Assembly (NCBI GenBank): GCA_019308925.1
Contig: JAFDHG010000007.1
Location: forward strand, 10,169-74,168
DNA length: 64,000 bases
Reading direction: 5' to 3'
Origin: Deltaproteobacteria bacterium
GTDB taxonomy: Bacteria; Desulfobacterota; B13-G15; RBG-16-54-18
Numbering within the stretch: the stretch's first letter is position 1; the number at the start of each line of letters is the position of its first letter. The notes below the pieces were generated by a model. It searched no databases and was not told the DNA's origin. It was given only the letters and a program-made list of their open reading frames with translations. Positions 1 to 8,909 of the stretch are shown piece by piece. A program made the translations under genes and the position numbers.

Positions 1-233
1 GTAGAAAACATGAAGCAACCTAAAGCTACCAAACCGATTTGTATAGAAGTAGAAAAGGCAAGGGATAACCCAACAATAAATAGTCCCCAATTCAGAATTT
101 GTTCACCCCCAAAAAGCAAGTTTCTGGTAGTTGGACCAAAACGCTGCCACCACGGTGGACCACTGGAATGAAGAAATCCCCTCAGAAGGACAAAACCGAT
201 AAATGCTACAAAAATGCCTACCATGATTCTCAT
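1..233 (-). CDS. Partial membrane protein that runs off the left edge. Minus-strand ATG at 233 (or 224) gives MRIMVGIFVAFIGFVLLRGFLHSSGPPWWQRF...
   Basis: Translated manually from the minus strand. The frame is open to position 1 and predicts 2-3 transmembrane helices. It is antisense to track ORF 99..359, which is lysine-rich and looks spurious. Confidence 0.4.
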   Translation of the reverse strand, partial: MRIMVGIFVAFIGFVLLRGFLHSSGPPWWQRFGPTTRNLLFGGEQILNWGLFIVGLSLAFSTSIQIGLVALGCFMFS

Positions 234-317
234 TTCACAAACATCCAACGTCGAGATCAGATGCCTGGGAAAAGCGGCAGCTTTTTCCAGGTCAGCTGGA
301 TTGACTTGTTAGCCTTT

Positions 318-722
318 TTAAGTCATGGTTGTCATTTCAACAAGATTGTTCAAGTGTGATTCGACAAAATCCAATATCTCTATCAATCGACTTTCATCTA
401 CGAGTTCAAGCCCAAGGTGACTTGCAAGATAACAGAATGCAAAAGACATCTGGGGTATGTCGAAAAAATCGCCAGCTATTTCCTTTGTGGCAACATAACT
501 AGATAAAGCAGCGTCGGTTGCTCTTTTCAAGTTCCTATTTGAGCTTTTGATACCTCTGAGTTTGAGGCATATAGGTGGACCCAAGCGGAAAAGATCCTTC
601 GGCTCAATCTTTTCTCCTGCCAATTCACCAAATGGCAAAGTTTCAAGGGCGTCAATGTAAGCTCTTGCGATTTCCCCAAGCCAAGATTCAGGTGAGTCTG
701 GAATTTTGTTCTTAGCTTTCAT
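318..722 (-). CDS. Hypothetical cytosolic protein, 134 aa, no family recognised
   Basis: Clean ORF in a lower-GC stretch. It is flanked by AT-rich intergenic DNA (723-1064). Confidence 0.5.
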   Translation of the reverse strand: MKAKNKIPDSPESWLGEIARAYIDALETLPFGELAGEKIEPKDLFRLGPPICLKLRGIKSSNRNLKRATDAALSSYVATKEIAGDFFDIPQMSFAFCYLASHLGLELVDESRLIEILDFVESHLNNLVEMTTMT

Positions 723-1064
723 GATGCAAAGCTTTTTCGAAGGCTAACAATTAATATACGAAATTCCTGTTTGCTCTTGATACGAGTACACTATAGCACA
801 CGCTAAGAATGGTGAAAAGAAAAAATCCTTTAAAAATCAAGTTGTGAAGGGTATACGATGTCGTAATTTTCGGTAATATGGACTAAAAGCGCAATTCGTA
901 TAATATGGGAAATCTGTCCAATACAGCCAAAGTGACCCTGCCGGAGTTCCAGAAGTTTCTTCTGGAGCGGAAGCTTGTGCCGGCAAAGGGAAAATTAGAA
1001 AATTAGGGAACGTTCAAGGAATTATGTAATTCTGATATTTTTTATATAAAGCTGTGGTTGGATA

Positions 1065-1832
1065 TTACTTCTCCACATAGGCGTAGGCGCTGTGGTTGTG
1101 GATGCTCTCGAAGTTCTCCGACTCCACGGAGAACCAGGTGATGTTGGGGTCGGCGGAGAGCTTTTTGGCAACCTCCCTCACTACGTCCTCCACAAACATG
1201 GGGTTTTCATAGGCCTTTTCAGTGACGTACTTCTCGTCGGGACGCTTGAGGATGGAGTATACGTCACAGCTGGCCGAGTCCTCCACTAGTTGGATGAGGT
1301 CCTCTATCCAGATGAATCTTTTGAAGCGGATGTTAACAGTGACGATACCCCTCTGATTGTGGGCCCCTTGATCGCTGATCTCCTTGGAACAGGGGCAGAC
1401 AGTGGTGATAGGCACATCGATCCCCACATAGAAATCCTCTCCCTCCCCCTCATTGCTGCTGCCGCAGAAACGGCAGATGTATTCCATGAGCCCCCTGGCC
1501 TTGGTCACCGGGGCATCTTTCTCGATGAAGTAGGGGAACTCGACCTCCAGGTGGGCGGACTTGGCCTTCAGCTTTTTCTTCATCTCCTGGAGGATCTTGG
1601 TCAAGTTCTTGATGGCGATATCCCCCTTGTATTTATTGAGGATCTCGATGAATCGGCTCATATGGGTCCCCTTGAAATGGTGAGGGAGGTCCACATACAT
1701 GTTGACGCTCGCCACTGTATGTTGCATCCCTTTGACCTTGTCCAGCACAGTGATGGGATAGCGGATATTCTTCACCCCAACCTTGTTTATCTCGACATGG
1801 CGGTAGTCTTGCTGGTTTTGGACGTCGATCAT
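1065..1832 (-). CDS. folE2: GTP cyclohydrolase I type 2 (FolE2/MptA family)
   Basis: 255 aa with the FolE2-type CPCSKEIS motif and DUF198-like layout. It overlaps the upstream gene by 4 nt. Confidence 0.85.
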   Translation of the reverse strand: MIDVQNQQDYRHVEINKVGVKNIRYPITVLDKVKGMQHTVASVNMYVDLPHHFKGTHMSRFIEILNKYKGDIAIKNLTKILQEMKKKLKAKSAHLEVEFPYFIEKDAPVTKARGLMEYICRFCGSSNEGEGEDFYVGIDVPITTVCPCSKEISDQGAHNQRGIVTVNIRFKRFIWIEDLIQLVEDSASCDVYSILKRPDEKYVTEKAYENPMFVEDVVREVAKKLSADPNITWFSVESENFESIHNHSAYAYVEK

Positions 1833-2206
1833 CTCTCCCCTCCCAAGTAAGAAGCCCCTGCTCCCTCCGACTCCCAGGCGGTGACCTTATAAGGACTCAG
1901 GCGGTAGGTACGCAAACTTTGTTCCAGGGCCTCATATATATAGCGGGCGATGTTCTCCGATGACGGCTCCTCTTTCTGGAAGGAGGGGAGGTCGTTGAGG
2001 TATTTGTGATCTAAGGTCTGAAGGATCCTTTCGGTCTCCTCCCTCAGGATGTTGAAGTCCAGGACCATCCCCCCCTTACCCAGAGAGTCGGCTCTCACAA
2101 AGACCTCCACCTGCCAGTTATGGCCGTGCAGGGCCTCACATTTGCCTTTGTAGTTCCTCAGGTTATGGGCCGCAGAAAACTGCGACCTGACTACCAACTC
2201 ATACAT
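1829..2206 (-). CDS. queD: 6-pyruvoyl-tetrahydropterin synthase / QueD-like (PTPS family)
   Basis: 125 aa with the Cys-x5-His-Gly-His zinc motif (CEALHGHNWQVEV) typical of PTPS/QueD. Confidence 0.8.
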   Translation of the reverse strand: MYELVVRSQFSAAHNLRNYKGKCEALHGHNWQVEVFVRADSLGKGGMVLDFNILREETERILQTLDHKYLNDLPSFQKEEPSSENIARYIYEALEQSLRTYRLSPYKVTAWESEGAGASYLGGER

Positions 2207-2274
2207 TTGTGATCATTTTAACAATGGGGAGAGGGGATGTCAAACCTTTAGACCAGGCTGCCCAATATTAGAAT

Positions 2275-3114
2275 TCAAAGGGATTGGCCCAAGAGCCTTT
2301 TGGCGTTCAGCCCCAAGATATCCTCTAGCTCCTGCTCGCCGAGGTCAGCCTCCCTCATCTCCCTCACATACCGCCGGGGGTGGATAAGGGGATAGTCTGA
2401 GCCGAACAAGATCCTTTTAGAACCTATGATGGAGATGGCGATCTTATAGACCCTTTTGTCGTAGATAAGGGGGGAGGCTGCCGTGTCGTAATATACCCCC
2501 TGGCAGATGGCGGCGATCTCCGGCATGAGCTCATAGAAGAAGAACCCCCCTCCCAGATGGGCCAGGACGACCTTCATCCCCTGCAGGGCATGCAACAGGT
2601 TCTGCATCTGGTGCAGCCTCACCTTCCCCTTCCCAGGATAGAAGTGACCCAAGGGCTCGTTATAGTGGATGAGCACAGGGAGACCCTTTTCCTTGATGGG
2701 CTCGAAGATGGCGGTAATGGCCTCTGCGTCCCATAGCTCCTCGCCATAGGTCCCCGGGGCAAGCTCCCCTATTCCCAGCGCCCCTGCTGCTGCGCACCTC
2801 TGAAGCTCTGAGATCCCCGCCTTCTGCTCCTTGGGGAGGGTGACAAAAGGGATGATCTTTTCGGGATACCTTTGGTGGCACTCCAGGAGATAGTCGTTTT
2901 CCCTTTGACAGAGATCCCCCCTTTGCCAGGGGAACCCGCAGGTCACCGATGCCTCTACCTTCTCCTCTTCCATGACCCGCAGGAGCTCCTCAACGCCGAT
3001 CATCCCCGCCTTCTTGTCGGAGTAGATGAGGGAGAAGATGGGGTCTTCATTTGCCAACTGATCCCTATGGTCTCTGGCGTAACGGGAAAAGATATGGGTG
3101 TGAAAGTCTATCAA
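2275..3114 (-). CDS. Amidohydrolase-superfamily (TIM-barrel metal-dependent hydrolase) protein
   Basis: N-terminal HxH (FHTHIF), C-terminal GSDYP and conserved His/Asp spacing. Its start overlaps the bioA stop by 4 nt. Confidence 0.7.
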   Translation of the reverse strand: MIDFHTHIFSRYARDHRDQLANEDPIFSLIYSDKKAGMIGVEELLRVMEEEKVEASVTCGFPWQRGDLCQRENDYLLECHQRYPEKIIPFVTLPKEQKAGISELQRCAAAGALGIGELAPGTYGEELWDAEAITAIFEPIKEKGLPVLIHYNEPLGHFYPGKGKVRLHQMQNLLHALQGMKVVLAHLGGGFFFYELMPEIAAICQGVYYDTAASPLIYDKRVYKIAISIIGSKRILFGSDYPLIHPRRYVREMREADLGEQELEDILGLNAKRLLGQSL

Positions 3115-4472
3115 CGTCCTTTCCCTTCTGATATCGTCTTTATGGATTGATAGATCACCTCCACGAGTTGTTCCAATTCCCCTTCGGTAATGCCCAGCGG
3201 AGGCATGATGACGATCACATCCCCCAGGGGGCGAATGATGGCACCCTTCTTTCTCGCCTCCAAGATCACCCTGATGCCTATTTCCTCCTGAGGGGGAAAA
3301 GGGGCCTTGGTCCCCTTGTCGGCCACCAGCTCTATGCCCACCATAAACCCCCTCTGTCTCACCTCACCCACAATGGGCAGGGCATTGAACTCCTCCAATC
3401 TCCAAGTAAGAAGTTCGATCTTGGGGGCAAGTCTCTCCAGGGTCTCATCTCTTTCGAAGACCTCCAGGTTGGCCAGGGCCGCAGCGCAGGCCAGGGGATT
3501 ACCCGTATAGGTGTGCCCATGAAAGAAGGTCTTGAACTCGTGGTATTCCCCGAGAAAGGCCTGGTATATCTCTTCTGTGGTTAGGGTGGCGGCCAGAGGT
3601 AGGTAACCTCCGGTGATCCCCTTGGCCAGGACCATGAGGTCCGGCTTCACCCCCTCATGTTCACAGGCGAACATCTTTCCTGTCCTGCCGAAGCCCACAG
3701 CCACCTCGTCGGCGATCATCAAGACCCCATAGCGGGTGCAGAGCTCCCTCACCCTTTGGAGGAAGCCAGGGGGGTGGGTGATCATCCCCGCTGCCCCCTG
3801 GACCAGGGGCTCGATAATGAGGGCGGCGACCTCCTGGTGATGTCCTTCTAGAATATCCTCCAGGTCTCGCAGGCACTCCAGCCCGCACCCCGGCCAGGTG
3901 CGCCCCTGAGGGCAACGATAACAGTAAGGGGCCTCGGCCTGAAAGACGGGAAAGAGCAAGGGGCGGTAGGCCTGATGGAAGAGGTCGATCCCCCCCACGC
4001 TCACCGCCCCCAAGGTATCACCGTGGTAGGCGTTTTTAAAGGAAATAAACGTGGTCTTACCCTTATAGCCTCTATGTTGCCAGTATTGAAAGGCCACCTT
4101 CAGAGCGGCCTCATTGGCGGTGGAGCCGTTGTCGGAATAAAAGACCCTCTCCAAACCCTGAGGGGTGATCTCTACTAACTTCTTGGCCAGCTCTATGGCC
4201 GGGGGATTGGAGAGGCCCAAGAGGGTGGAGTGGGAGATCTTGCCCATCTGTTCGACGATGGCTTGATCTATCTCTTCCCTGCGGTGACCATGGATGATGA
4301 CCCATAGGGAGGAGACCCCATCCAGATATCTCCTGCCGTAGATGTCGATAAGATAAGCCCCTTCACCCCGTTCGATGATCACCGGCTCCATCTCCTGATA
4401 ATCCCTCATCTGGGTAAATGGGTGCCATATATACCTCTTGTCGTCTTGCTCTAATCTCCTGTGCCAGGACAT
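3111..4472 (-). CDS. bioA: Adenosylmethionine-8-amino-7-oxononanoate aminotransferase
   Basis: 453 aa class-III aminotransferase with a BioA-type N-terminus (YIWHPFTQM) and a PLP-lysine region. Confidence 0.9.
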   Translation of the reverse strand: MSWHRRLEQDDKRYIWHPFTQMRDYQEMEPVIIERGEGAYLIDIYGRRYLDGVSSLWVIIHGHRREEIDQAIVEQMGKISHSTLLGLSNPPAIELAKKLVEITPQGLERVFYSDNGSTANEAALKVAFQYWQHRGYKGKTTFISFKNAYHGDTLGAVSVGGIDLFHQAYRPLLFPVFQAEAPYCYRCPQGRTWPGCGLECLRDLEDILEGHHQEVAALIIEPLVQGAAGMITHPPGFLQRVRELCTRYGVLMIADEVAVGFGRTGKMFACEHEGVKPDLMVLAKGITGGYLPLAATLTTEEIYQAFLGEYHEFKTFFHGHTYTGNPLACAAALANLEVFERDETLERLAPKIELLTWRLEEFNALPIVGEVRQRGFMVGIELVADKGTKAPFPPQEEIGIRVILEARKKGAIIRPLGDVIVIMPPLGITEGELEQLVEVIYQSIKTISEGKGR

Positions 4473-4480
4473 GTCTCCTC

Positions 4481-5653
4481 CTAGATCAAACCGAGTTCTT
4501 TCCCTACCTCTTGGAAGCTGTCCAAGGCAAGATCGAGGTCCTCCCTGGTGTGGGTGGCCATAAGCGAGGCCCTCAATCTGGAGCTCTGCGACGGTACTGT
4601 GGGTGGCCTTATCCCCTGGGCGAATATCCCCCTCTCTATAAGCCGGCGATCTGCCTCCATGGTGAGGGCGTTGTCCCCTATGAGGATGGGTACTATGGGG
4701 GTCTCGCTCCCCAAGGTGTCAAACCCCATCTCTTTTAGCCCATTCGTAAAATAGTGGGTATTCTCCCAGAGCCTTTCCCTTCTCTGCGGTTCTGCCTCTA
4801 CTATCTCCAGGGCCGCCAGGGCCATGGCCGCTATTGCTGGGGGCAGGGCCGTGGTGTACATAAAGGTACGGCAACGGTTGATGAGGTAATCAATCAGGAC
4901 CCTGCTGCCGGACACATAGGCCCCGAATCCCCCCAGGGCCTTTCCCAAGGTCCCCATCTGGATCTCAACCTGACCCATCAGACCGAAATGTTCCGCTGTC
5001 CCCCGGCCCCCTTTGCCCAGGACCCCCATGGCATGGGCATCGTCCACCATGACCATGGCCCCATAACGATTGGCCAATTCCCTGATCTGAGGTAGGGGGG
5101 TGATATCACCCTCCATGCTGAAGACCCCGTCGATAACGATGAGCCTTCTGCGATGTGATGACATCTTCAGCAAGGTCTCCAGATGGTCCATGTCCCGATG
5201 GCGGTATACCCATACCTCGGCCTTGGAGAGACGACACCCATCGACGATGCTGGCGTGGTTGAGCTTATCGCTCAAGATCAGATCTTCTTCGCCGACCAAT
5301 GTGGTGAGGAGACCTAGATTGGCCATATAGCCGTTGCTGAACAGCAGGGCTGCCTCACATCCCTTGAAGCGAGCCATCCTTTCCTCCAGCTCTTTGTGAA
5401 GCTCCATGGTACCCGATATGGACCTCGATGCCCCGGCGCCGCATCCATAGTGCTCCAGGGCTTGGATAGCCGCCTCCTTTAAGGCGGGGTGTTCGGCCAG
5501 ACCCAGGTAGTTGTTAGAAGAGATGAGCACCACCTCCTTCCCCTCTATTTGCACCCTGGCCGACTGGGCTCCATGGATGAGTCTTAGCCGGCGGTACAGG
5601 TCCCGACCCTTGATCTCTTCCAGTGCCGTCGAGAGGAAAGTCAGGTTACCCAT
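4481..5653 (-). CDS. bioF: 8-amino-7-oxononanoate synthase
   Basis: 390 aa alpha-oxoamine synthase. The GTLGKALG segment carries the PLP lysine. Confidence 0.9.
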   Translation of the reverse strand: MGNLTFLSTALEEIKGRDLYRRLRLIHGAQSARVQIEGKEVVLISSNNYLGLAEHPALKEAAIQALEHYGCGAGASRSISGTMELHKELEERMARFKGCEAALLFSNGYMANLGLLTTLVGEEDLILSDKLNHASIVDGCRLSKAEVWVYRHRDMDHLETLLKMSSHRRRLIVIDGVFSMEGDITPLPQIRELANRYGAMVMVDDAHAMGVLGKGGRGTAEHFGLMGQVEIQMGTLGKALGGFGAYVSGSRVLIDYLINRCRTFMYTTALPPAIAAMALAALEIVEAEPQRRERLWENTHYFTNGLKEMGFDTLGSETPIVPILIGDNALTMEADRRLIERGIFAQGIRPPTVPSQSSRLRASLMATHTREDLDLALDSFQEVGKELGLI

Positions 5654-6626
5654 CGGCCACCTCCAACTCTAAGTCTTGGATCATCCGTAGGTCTGCTCGA
5701 TGATCCCTCCCCCTGGTGGTTAGGTAGTTCCCGATCATGATCCCGTTGGCCCCTGCCCAGAAGACCAGGGGGTGGAGGTCACAGAGGCCGAATTCCCTCC
5801 CCCCACAGATCCGGATGTCCTTATCGGGGAGGATAAACCTGAAGAGGGCCACAGATTTTAAGATCTCCAAGGGGGGCAAGGGTTTGGTCCCCTCCAAGGG
5901 GGTCCCGGGGATAGGGTGGAGGAAGTTGAGGGCCACAGAGTCTACCCCAATCTCCTGTAAGGTAAAGGCAAGATCCAACCTCTGCTCTGCTGACTCCCCC
6001 AGGCCCAAGATCCCCCCACTGCATACCTCCAATCCGGCCTCTTTGGCCCATCTCAATGTATCTAGGTCCTCCTCATATCCATGGGTGGTGCAGATCTTGA
6101 GGAAAAAGGAGGAGGCCGTCTCCAGGTTATGGTGGTAACACCTGAGTCCGGCCTCCTTCAACTGGTGTGCCGCTTGTTGGGTGATGATTCCCAAGGAGGC
6201 ACAGAGGACAAGCCCTGTCTCCTCCCTCATTAAACGAAGGGCCTGAACGACCTTCCCCATCTCTCCCCCCCCAGGGGATTTGCCGCTGGTGACGACGGAA
6301 AAACGCCTCGCCCCCATGTGCTCGGCCTCCTGGGCCTTCTGCAGGATCTGCCGAGGGTCCATTAGTGGATAGACCTCGATCTGGGTCTTGTGGTGGGCAG
6401 ATTGGGCACAGAAGGCGCAATCCTCAGGGCAGCGTCCGGACTTGGCATTGACGATGGCGCAGAGTTTCACCCCATTTCCCTTGAAGTGGCCCCGGATGCG
6501 GCAGGCCCCATAAAGAAGGAGGGGTAGAAAGTTGTTTTCTATCCCCAGGAGGTCCTGGGCCGTGGGGGGGGTCAGCCCCTCTTCTTCTATGGCCTCCTGG
6601 ACACATCTCTCGATGAATTCCTGCAT
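5646..6626 (-). CDS. bioB: Biotin synthase (radical SAM). The start is probably the internal ATG at 6626 (MQEFIERC), not the track start at 6659.
   Basis: Radical SAM motif CPEDCAFC and BioB-like C-terminus. AAGGTG lies 5 nt upstream of the 6626 ATG. The predicted promoter and operator would sit inside the longer ORF. Confidence 0.9.
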   Translation of the reverse strand: MQEFIERCVQEAIEEEGLTPPTAQDLLGIENNFLPLLLYGACRIRGHFKGNGVKLCAIVNAKSGRCPEDCAFCAQSAHHKTQIEVYPLMDPRQILQKAQEAEHMGARRFSVVTSGKSPGGGEMGKVVQALRLMREETGLVLCASLGIITQQAAHQLKEAGLRCYHHNLETASSFFLKICTTHGYEEDLDTLRWAKEAGLEVCSGGILGLGESAEQRLDLAFTLQEIGVDSVALNFLHPIPGTPLEGTKPLPPLEILKSVALFRFILPDKDIRICGGREFGLCDLHPLVFWAGANGIMIGNYLTTRGRDHRADLRMIQDLELEVADG

Positions 6627-6672
6627 GATGACACCTTGATTTTGATGGACACATAGCACAGGAGGAAGGGAG

Positions 6673-6704
6673 TTGTCAACCTAAATCACCATAGTGGTTT
6701 ACCA
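6673..6704. promoter_or_regulatory. Candidate BirA (bio) operator: TTGTCAACC-N14-GGTTTACCA imperfect inverted repeat overlapping the bioB -35
   Basis: Half sites match 7 of 9 as reverse complements. The site resembles the BirA consensus TTGTAAACC-N14/15-GGTTTACAA and lies 47-78 nt upstream of bioB. Confidence 0.45.
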
Positions 6705-6816
6705 TTTGACTCCGCCTATGCAACTATCGACGTGTTTCTTAGGCGTCCCTTTGGGGACCCTGACCCCAAACCCTCACAAGAGGGAGTCCTTATTAGGGAT
6801 TTAAATAAAAAAGTTC

Positions 6817-6846
6817 TTGACATGTCTATATATGTATAGTATACAT
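6817..6846 (+). promoter_or_regulatory. lexA promoter (TTGACA-17-TATACA). A 15-bp palindrome ATGTATA-G-TATACAT overlaps the -10 and is a candidate LexA operator.
   Basis: Read directly from the sequence. The palindrome is perfect except for its centre base. Confidence 0.5.
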
Positions 6847-6861
6847 TTGTAAAGGTGACAA

Positions 6862-6881
6862 CTGTATAGTTTATAAGACAG
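6862..6881 (+). promoter_or_regulatory. Second candidate SOS-box-like element, CTGTATAGTTTATAAGACAG (CTGT-N12-ACAG), just upstream of the lexA ATG
   Basis: It shares TGTATAG with the upstream palindrome. The spacing differs from the E. coli CTGT-N8-ACAG. Confidence 0.3.
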
Positions 6882-6885
6882 AGAT

Positions 6886-7503
6886 ATGGAGACAATTACT
6901 GAGAAACAGAAAGAAGTCTACAATCTTATAGTAGAAAGCATTAAGAGATTGGGGTATCCTCCTTCCCTAAGAGAGATCGGGGCTGCGATGAAGATAACCC
7001 CTAATGCTGTTAGGGGGTACTTGGATGCCCTCGTAAAAAAGGGATATATTGAAAGAGATTCCATAGCTAGGGGTATCAGGGTAATAAAGCCCTTGGATAA
7101 AGAGACCTCAGTCAGCGGAAATGGAGATATAGTTACCTTACCCATTATCGGAAGAATCCAGGCAGGTCTGCCTATCTTAGCCATTGAAAACATTGAAGGG
7201 GAAGTATCCTTATCAAAAGATTTAAGGAAGGGGCTTGATGGATGCTTTCTCTTAAGGGTTCAGGGTGATAGTATGGTGGAGGATCATATCCTAGAAGGAG
7301 ACCTTGCCATTGTGAAACCTCAGGAGACAGCAGAGAATGGGAAGATTGTTGTTGCCTTAGTCAATGATGAAGCTACCATAAAACGATTTTACAGAGAGAA
7401 AACCAGGATCAGGCTTCAACCTGCAAATCCTCTTTACGAGCCGATCTATGTGGAAAGAGATTTTAAGGTTCAGGGTAAAGTAATTGGTTTAATCAGGATA
7501 TAA
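6886..7503 (+). CDS. lexA: LexA repressor (S24 peptidase family)
   Basis: 205 aa with an N-terminal winged HTH, an Ala-Gly cleavage site (IQAGLPI), catalytic Ser (GDSM) and catalytic Lys (IKRFY). Confidence 0.9.
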   Translation: METITEKQKEVYNLIVESIKRLGYPPSLREIGAAMKITPNAVRGYLDALVKKGYIERDSIARGIRVIKPLDKETSVSGNGDIVTLPIIGRIQAGLPILAIENIEGEVSLSKDLRKGLDGCFLLRVQGDSMVEDHILEGDLAIVKPQETAENGKIVVALVNDEATIKRFYREKTRIRLQPANPLYEPIYVERDFKVQGKVIGLIRI

Positions 7504-7531
7504 AAAGTAACAGACAATATGGATACATAGT

Positions 7532-7753
7532 ATGCCTTATAATACATGGTGGGTTACCAGACCGAGAAGATATCTGAATCCTATCCCAGAGGCAATCAAA
7601 ATTTTTGTCAATTATGTAGGTGAAGAATGGCTGACTGGCTCGGCAGTGCAATTGGATTTTGAAGATGAACTTGTGAAAGCAGGGCTAAAGGGCACAGGAG
7701 GCAAAAGAGACAAGAGAGGTAGTGGGGCAAGGAAGGCGTTATGGGTACAATAA
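7532..7753 (+). CDS. Hypothetical 73-aa protein, first ORF of the low-GC cassette
   Basis: Its end overlaps the next ORF start by 13 nt. The N-terminus is aromatic-rich (MPYNTWWVTRPRRY). No family recognised. Confidence 0.35.
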   Translation: MPYNTWWVTRPRRYLNPIPEAIKIFVNYVGEEWLTGSAVQLDFEDELVKAGLKGTGGKRDKRGSGARKALWVQ

Positions 7754-8163
7754 CCAAAAAAATAACAAAGTTTCAGATAAACTGTAGGGTTTGTCGAGAT
7801 ATTTTCCATGAAAAATTTTATAAGGAAATTCTCGGTTACCATCCAGAAGAATTGAATATTTATAATTTTGATGAAGAGACAGAGGAAATACTCTTTGTTA
7901 TGAATTGGAAGGACTGCCTGGAGTGCTACCACTTTAAATGCCACATATGTCACAAACCACCTGTTGTCCTTAATGAATCTTTAACTTGGGTAGAAGAATT
8001 ATCAAGTTGGTATTGTGATAATCATATTCCAAAAAGTAGTTCTGTCTTCAGAAACTATAGATGCAATAGGTGTGACAGAGAAGGAAATATGATTTGGGTA
8101 GAAAAAGAGGGTAAATGGTATTGTAAGCAGTGTATTCCTGTTGGGCTTTCAATATTTAGATGA
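7741..8163 (+). CDS. Cys-rich zinc-ribbon protein, 140 aa, with six CxxC pairs
   Basis: CxxC at residues 15, 59, 67, 107 and 128, plus CDNH. AAGGAAGG RBS upstream. Low-GC codon usage. Confidence 0.55.
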   Translation: MGTITKKITKFQINCRVCRDIFHEKFYKEILGYHPEELNIYNFDEETEEILFVMNWKDCLECYHFKCHICHKPPVVLNESLTWVEELSSWYCDNHIPKSSSVFRNYRCNRCDREGNMIWVEKEGKWYCKQCIPVGLSIFR

Positions 8164-8909
8164 CGGAGTTTGTTATGCAAAGACGAAATGCCGGTCTTAT
8201 GTGGGAAAATGCAATACTAACAGCAATTGAAAAATGTGGGGGTTCAGCCACGTTAAAAGAATTATATCAAACAATTCCTACAATTAAAAAAGTACCCATA
8301 GATAAGGATTGGAGAAAGATTATAAGGGCCTTCTTAAGACGCTTTGTAAGAATAAAAGGAAAGTTAAGAAGAACTGGACTTGGCATTTATAGTCTGAGCG
8401 ACAGTAGGGTTATTCCGACAATTTATGAAGAAATTAAGAGTGGCAGAAGCGAAAAGGAAATCCTTAAAAATATTCCAGATGAAACAAGGCATGGTCAAAT
8501 TGAAGGAATGTTGATAGGGTTAGGAAATATTTATAATTTTTCAACATATACTGCCGATCCAAACGAACTATTCAACGACAAAAGACTTTCAGCCCTAACG
8601 TCCTTAGACGAGCTTCCTGTGTTTTCTTCAAAAGAAGTAATAGATGTTGCAAAGGAGATAGATGTTATTTGGTTTAAAAAACGGGCATTGGCAATAGCCC
8701 CAAAACATACCTTTGATGTAGAGAAAAGCACTGATTTTACAAAGGCATTACATCGTGCTTATCAATTGCAAGACTTCAAGGTCAGTTTTTATTTTGTTGC
8801 ACCAACTTTTAAAGAAAACCAATTCAACAAGAGAATAAACACAAACCCTTATCAATCGTTAAAAAATTCTTTCTTCTATCGAAGCTTCAAAGATGTAATA
8901 GCCCTCTAG
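8160..8909 (+). CDS. Protein with an Mrr_N-like winged-helix N-terminus and an uncharacterised C-terminal domain (244-249 aa)
   Basis: The N-terminus (MWENAILTAIEKCGGSATLKELYQTI...RTGLGIYSL) matches the restriction-system Mrr_N-type winged helix by eye. ATGA overlap with the previous ORF. An alternative ATG at 8175 has a GGAG RBS. Confidence 0.6.
   Translation: MTEFVMQRRNAGLMWENAILTAIEKCGGSATLKELYQTIPTIKKVPIDKDWRKIIRAFLRRFVRIKGKLRRTGLGIYSLSDSRVIPTIYEEIKSGRSEKEILKNIPDETRHGQIEGMLIGLGNIYNFSTYTADPNELFNDKRLSALTSLDELPVFSSKEVIDVAKEIDVIWFKKRALAIAPKHTFDVEKSTDFTKALHRAYQLQDFKVSFYFVAPTFKENQFNKRINTNPYQSLKNSFFYRSFKDVIAL

Noticed and set aside
99-359. Track ORF on the + strand at the left edge (86 aa)
   Set aside because: It is lysine-rich and low-complexity. 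It is antisense to a better membrane-protein ORF (1-233, minus) and overlaps the 318-722 gene.
905-1006. 33-aa + strand ORF (MGNLSNTAKVTLPEFQKFLLERKLVPAKGKLEN) preceded by TATAAT
   Set aside because: Too short and unsupported. No RBS and no recognisable features.
1290-1850. 186-aa + strand ORF inside folE2
   Set aside because: It is antisense to a confidently recognised FolE2 gene. Such frames stay open in GC-rich DNA. The same reasoning applies to 10847..11770, 16496..17590, 33695..34300, 38168..38953, 42420..43190, 44218..44811, 63088..63624 and 63389..63904.
8160-8909. PD-(D/E)xK nuclease motif in the C-terminal domain of the winged-helix protein (IDVIWF…FDVEKS)
   Set aside because: The acidic residue and the Lys are not in the D/E-x-K register, so a nuclease assignment is not supportable by eye.
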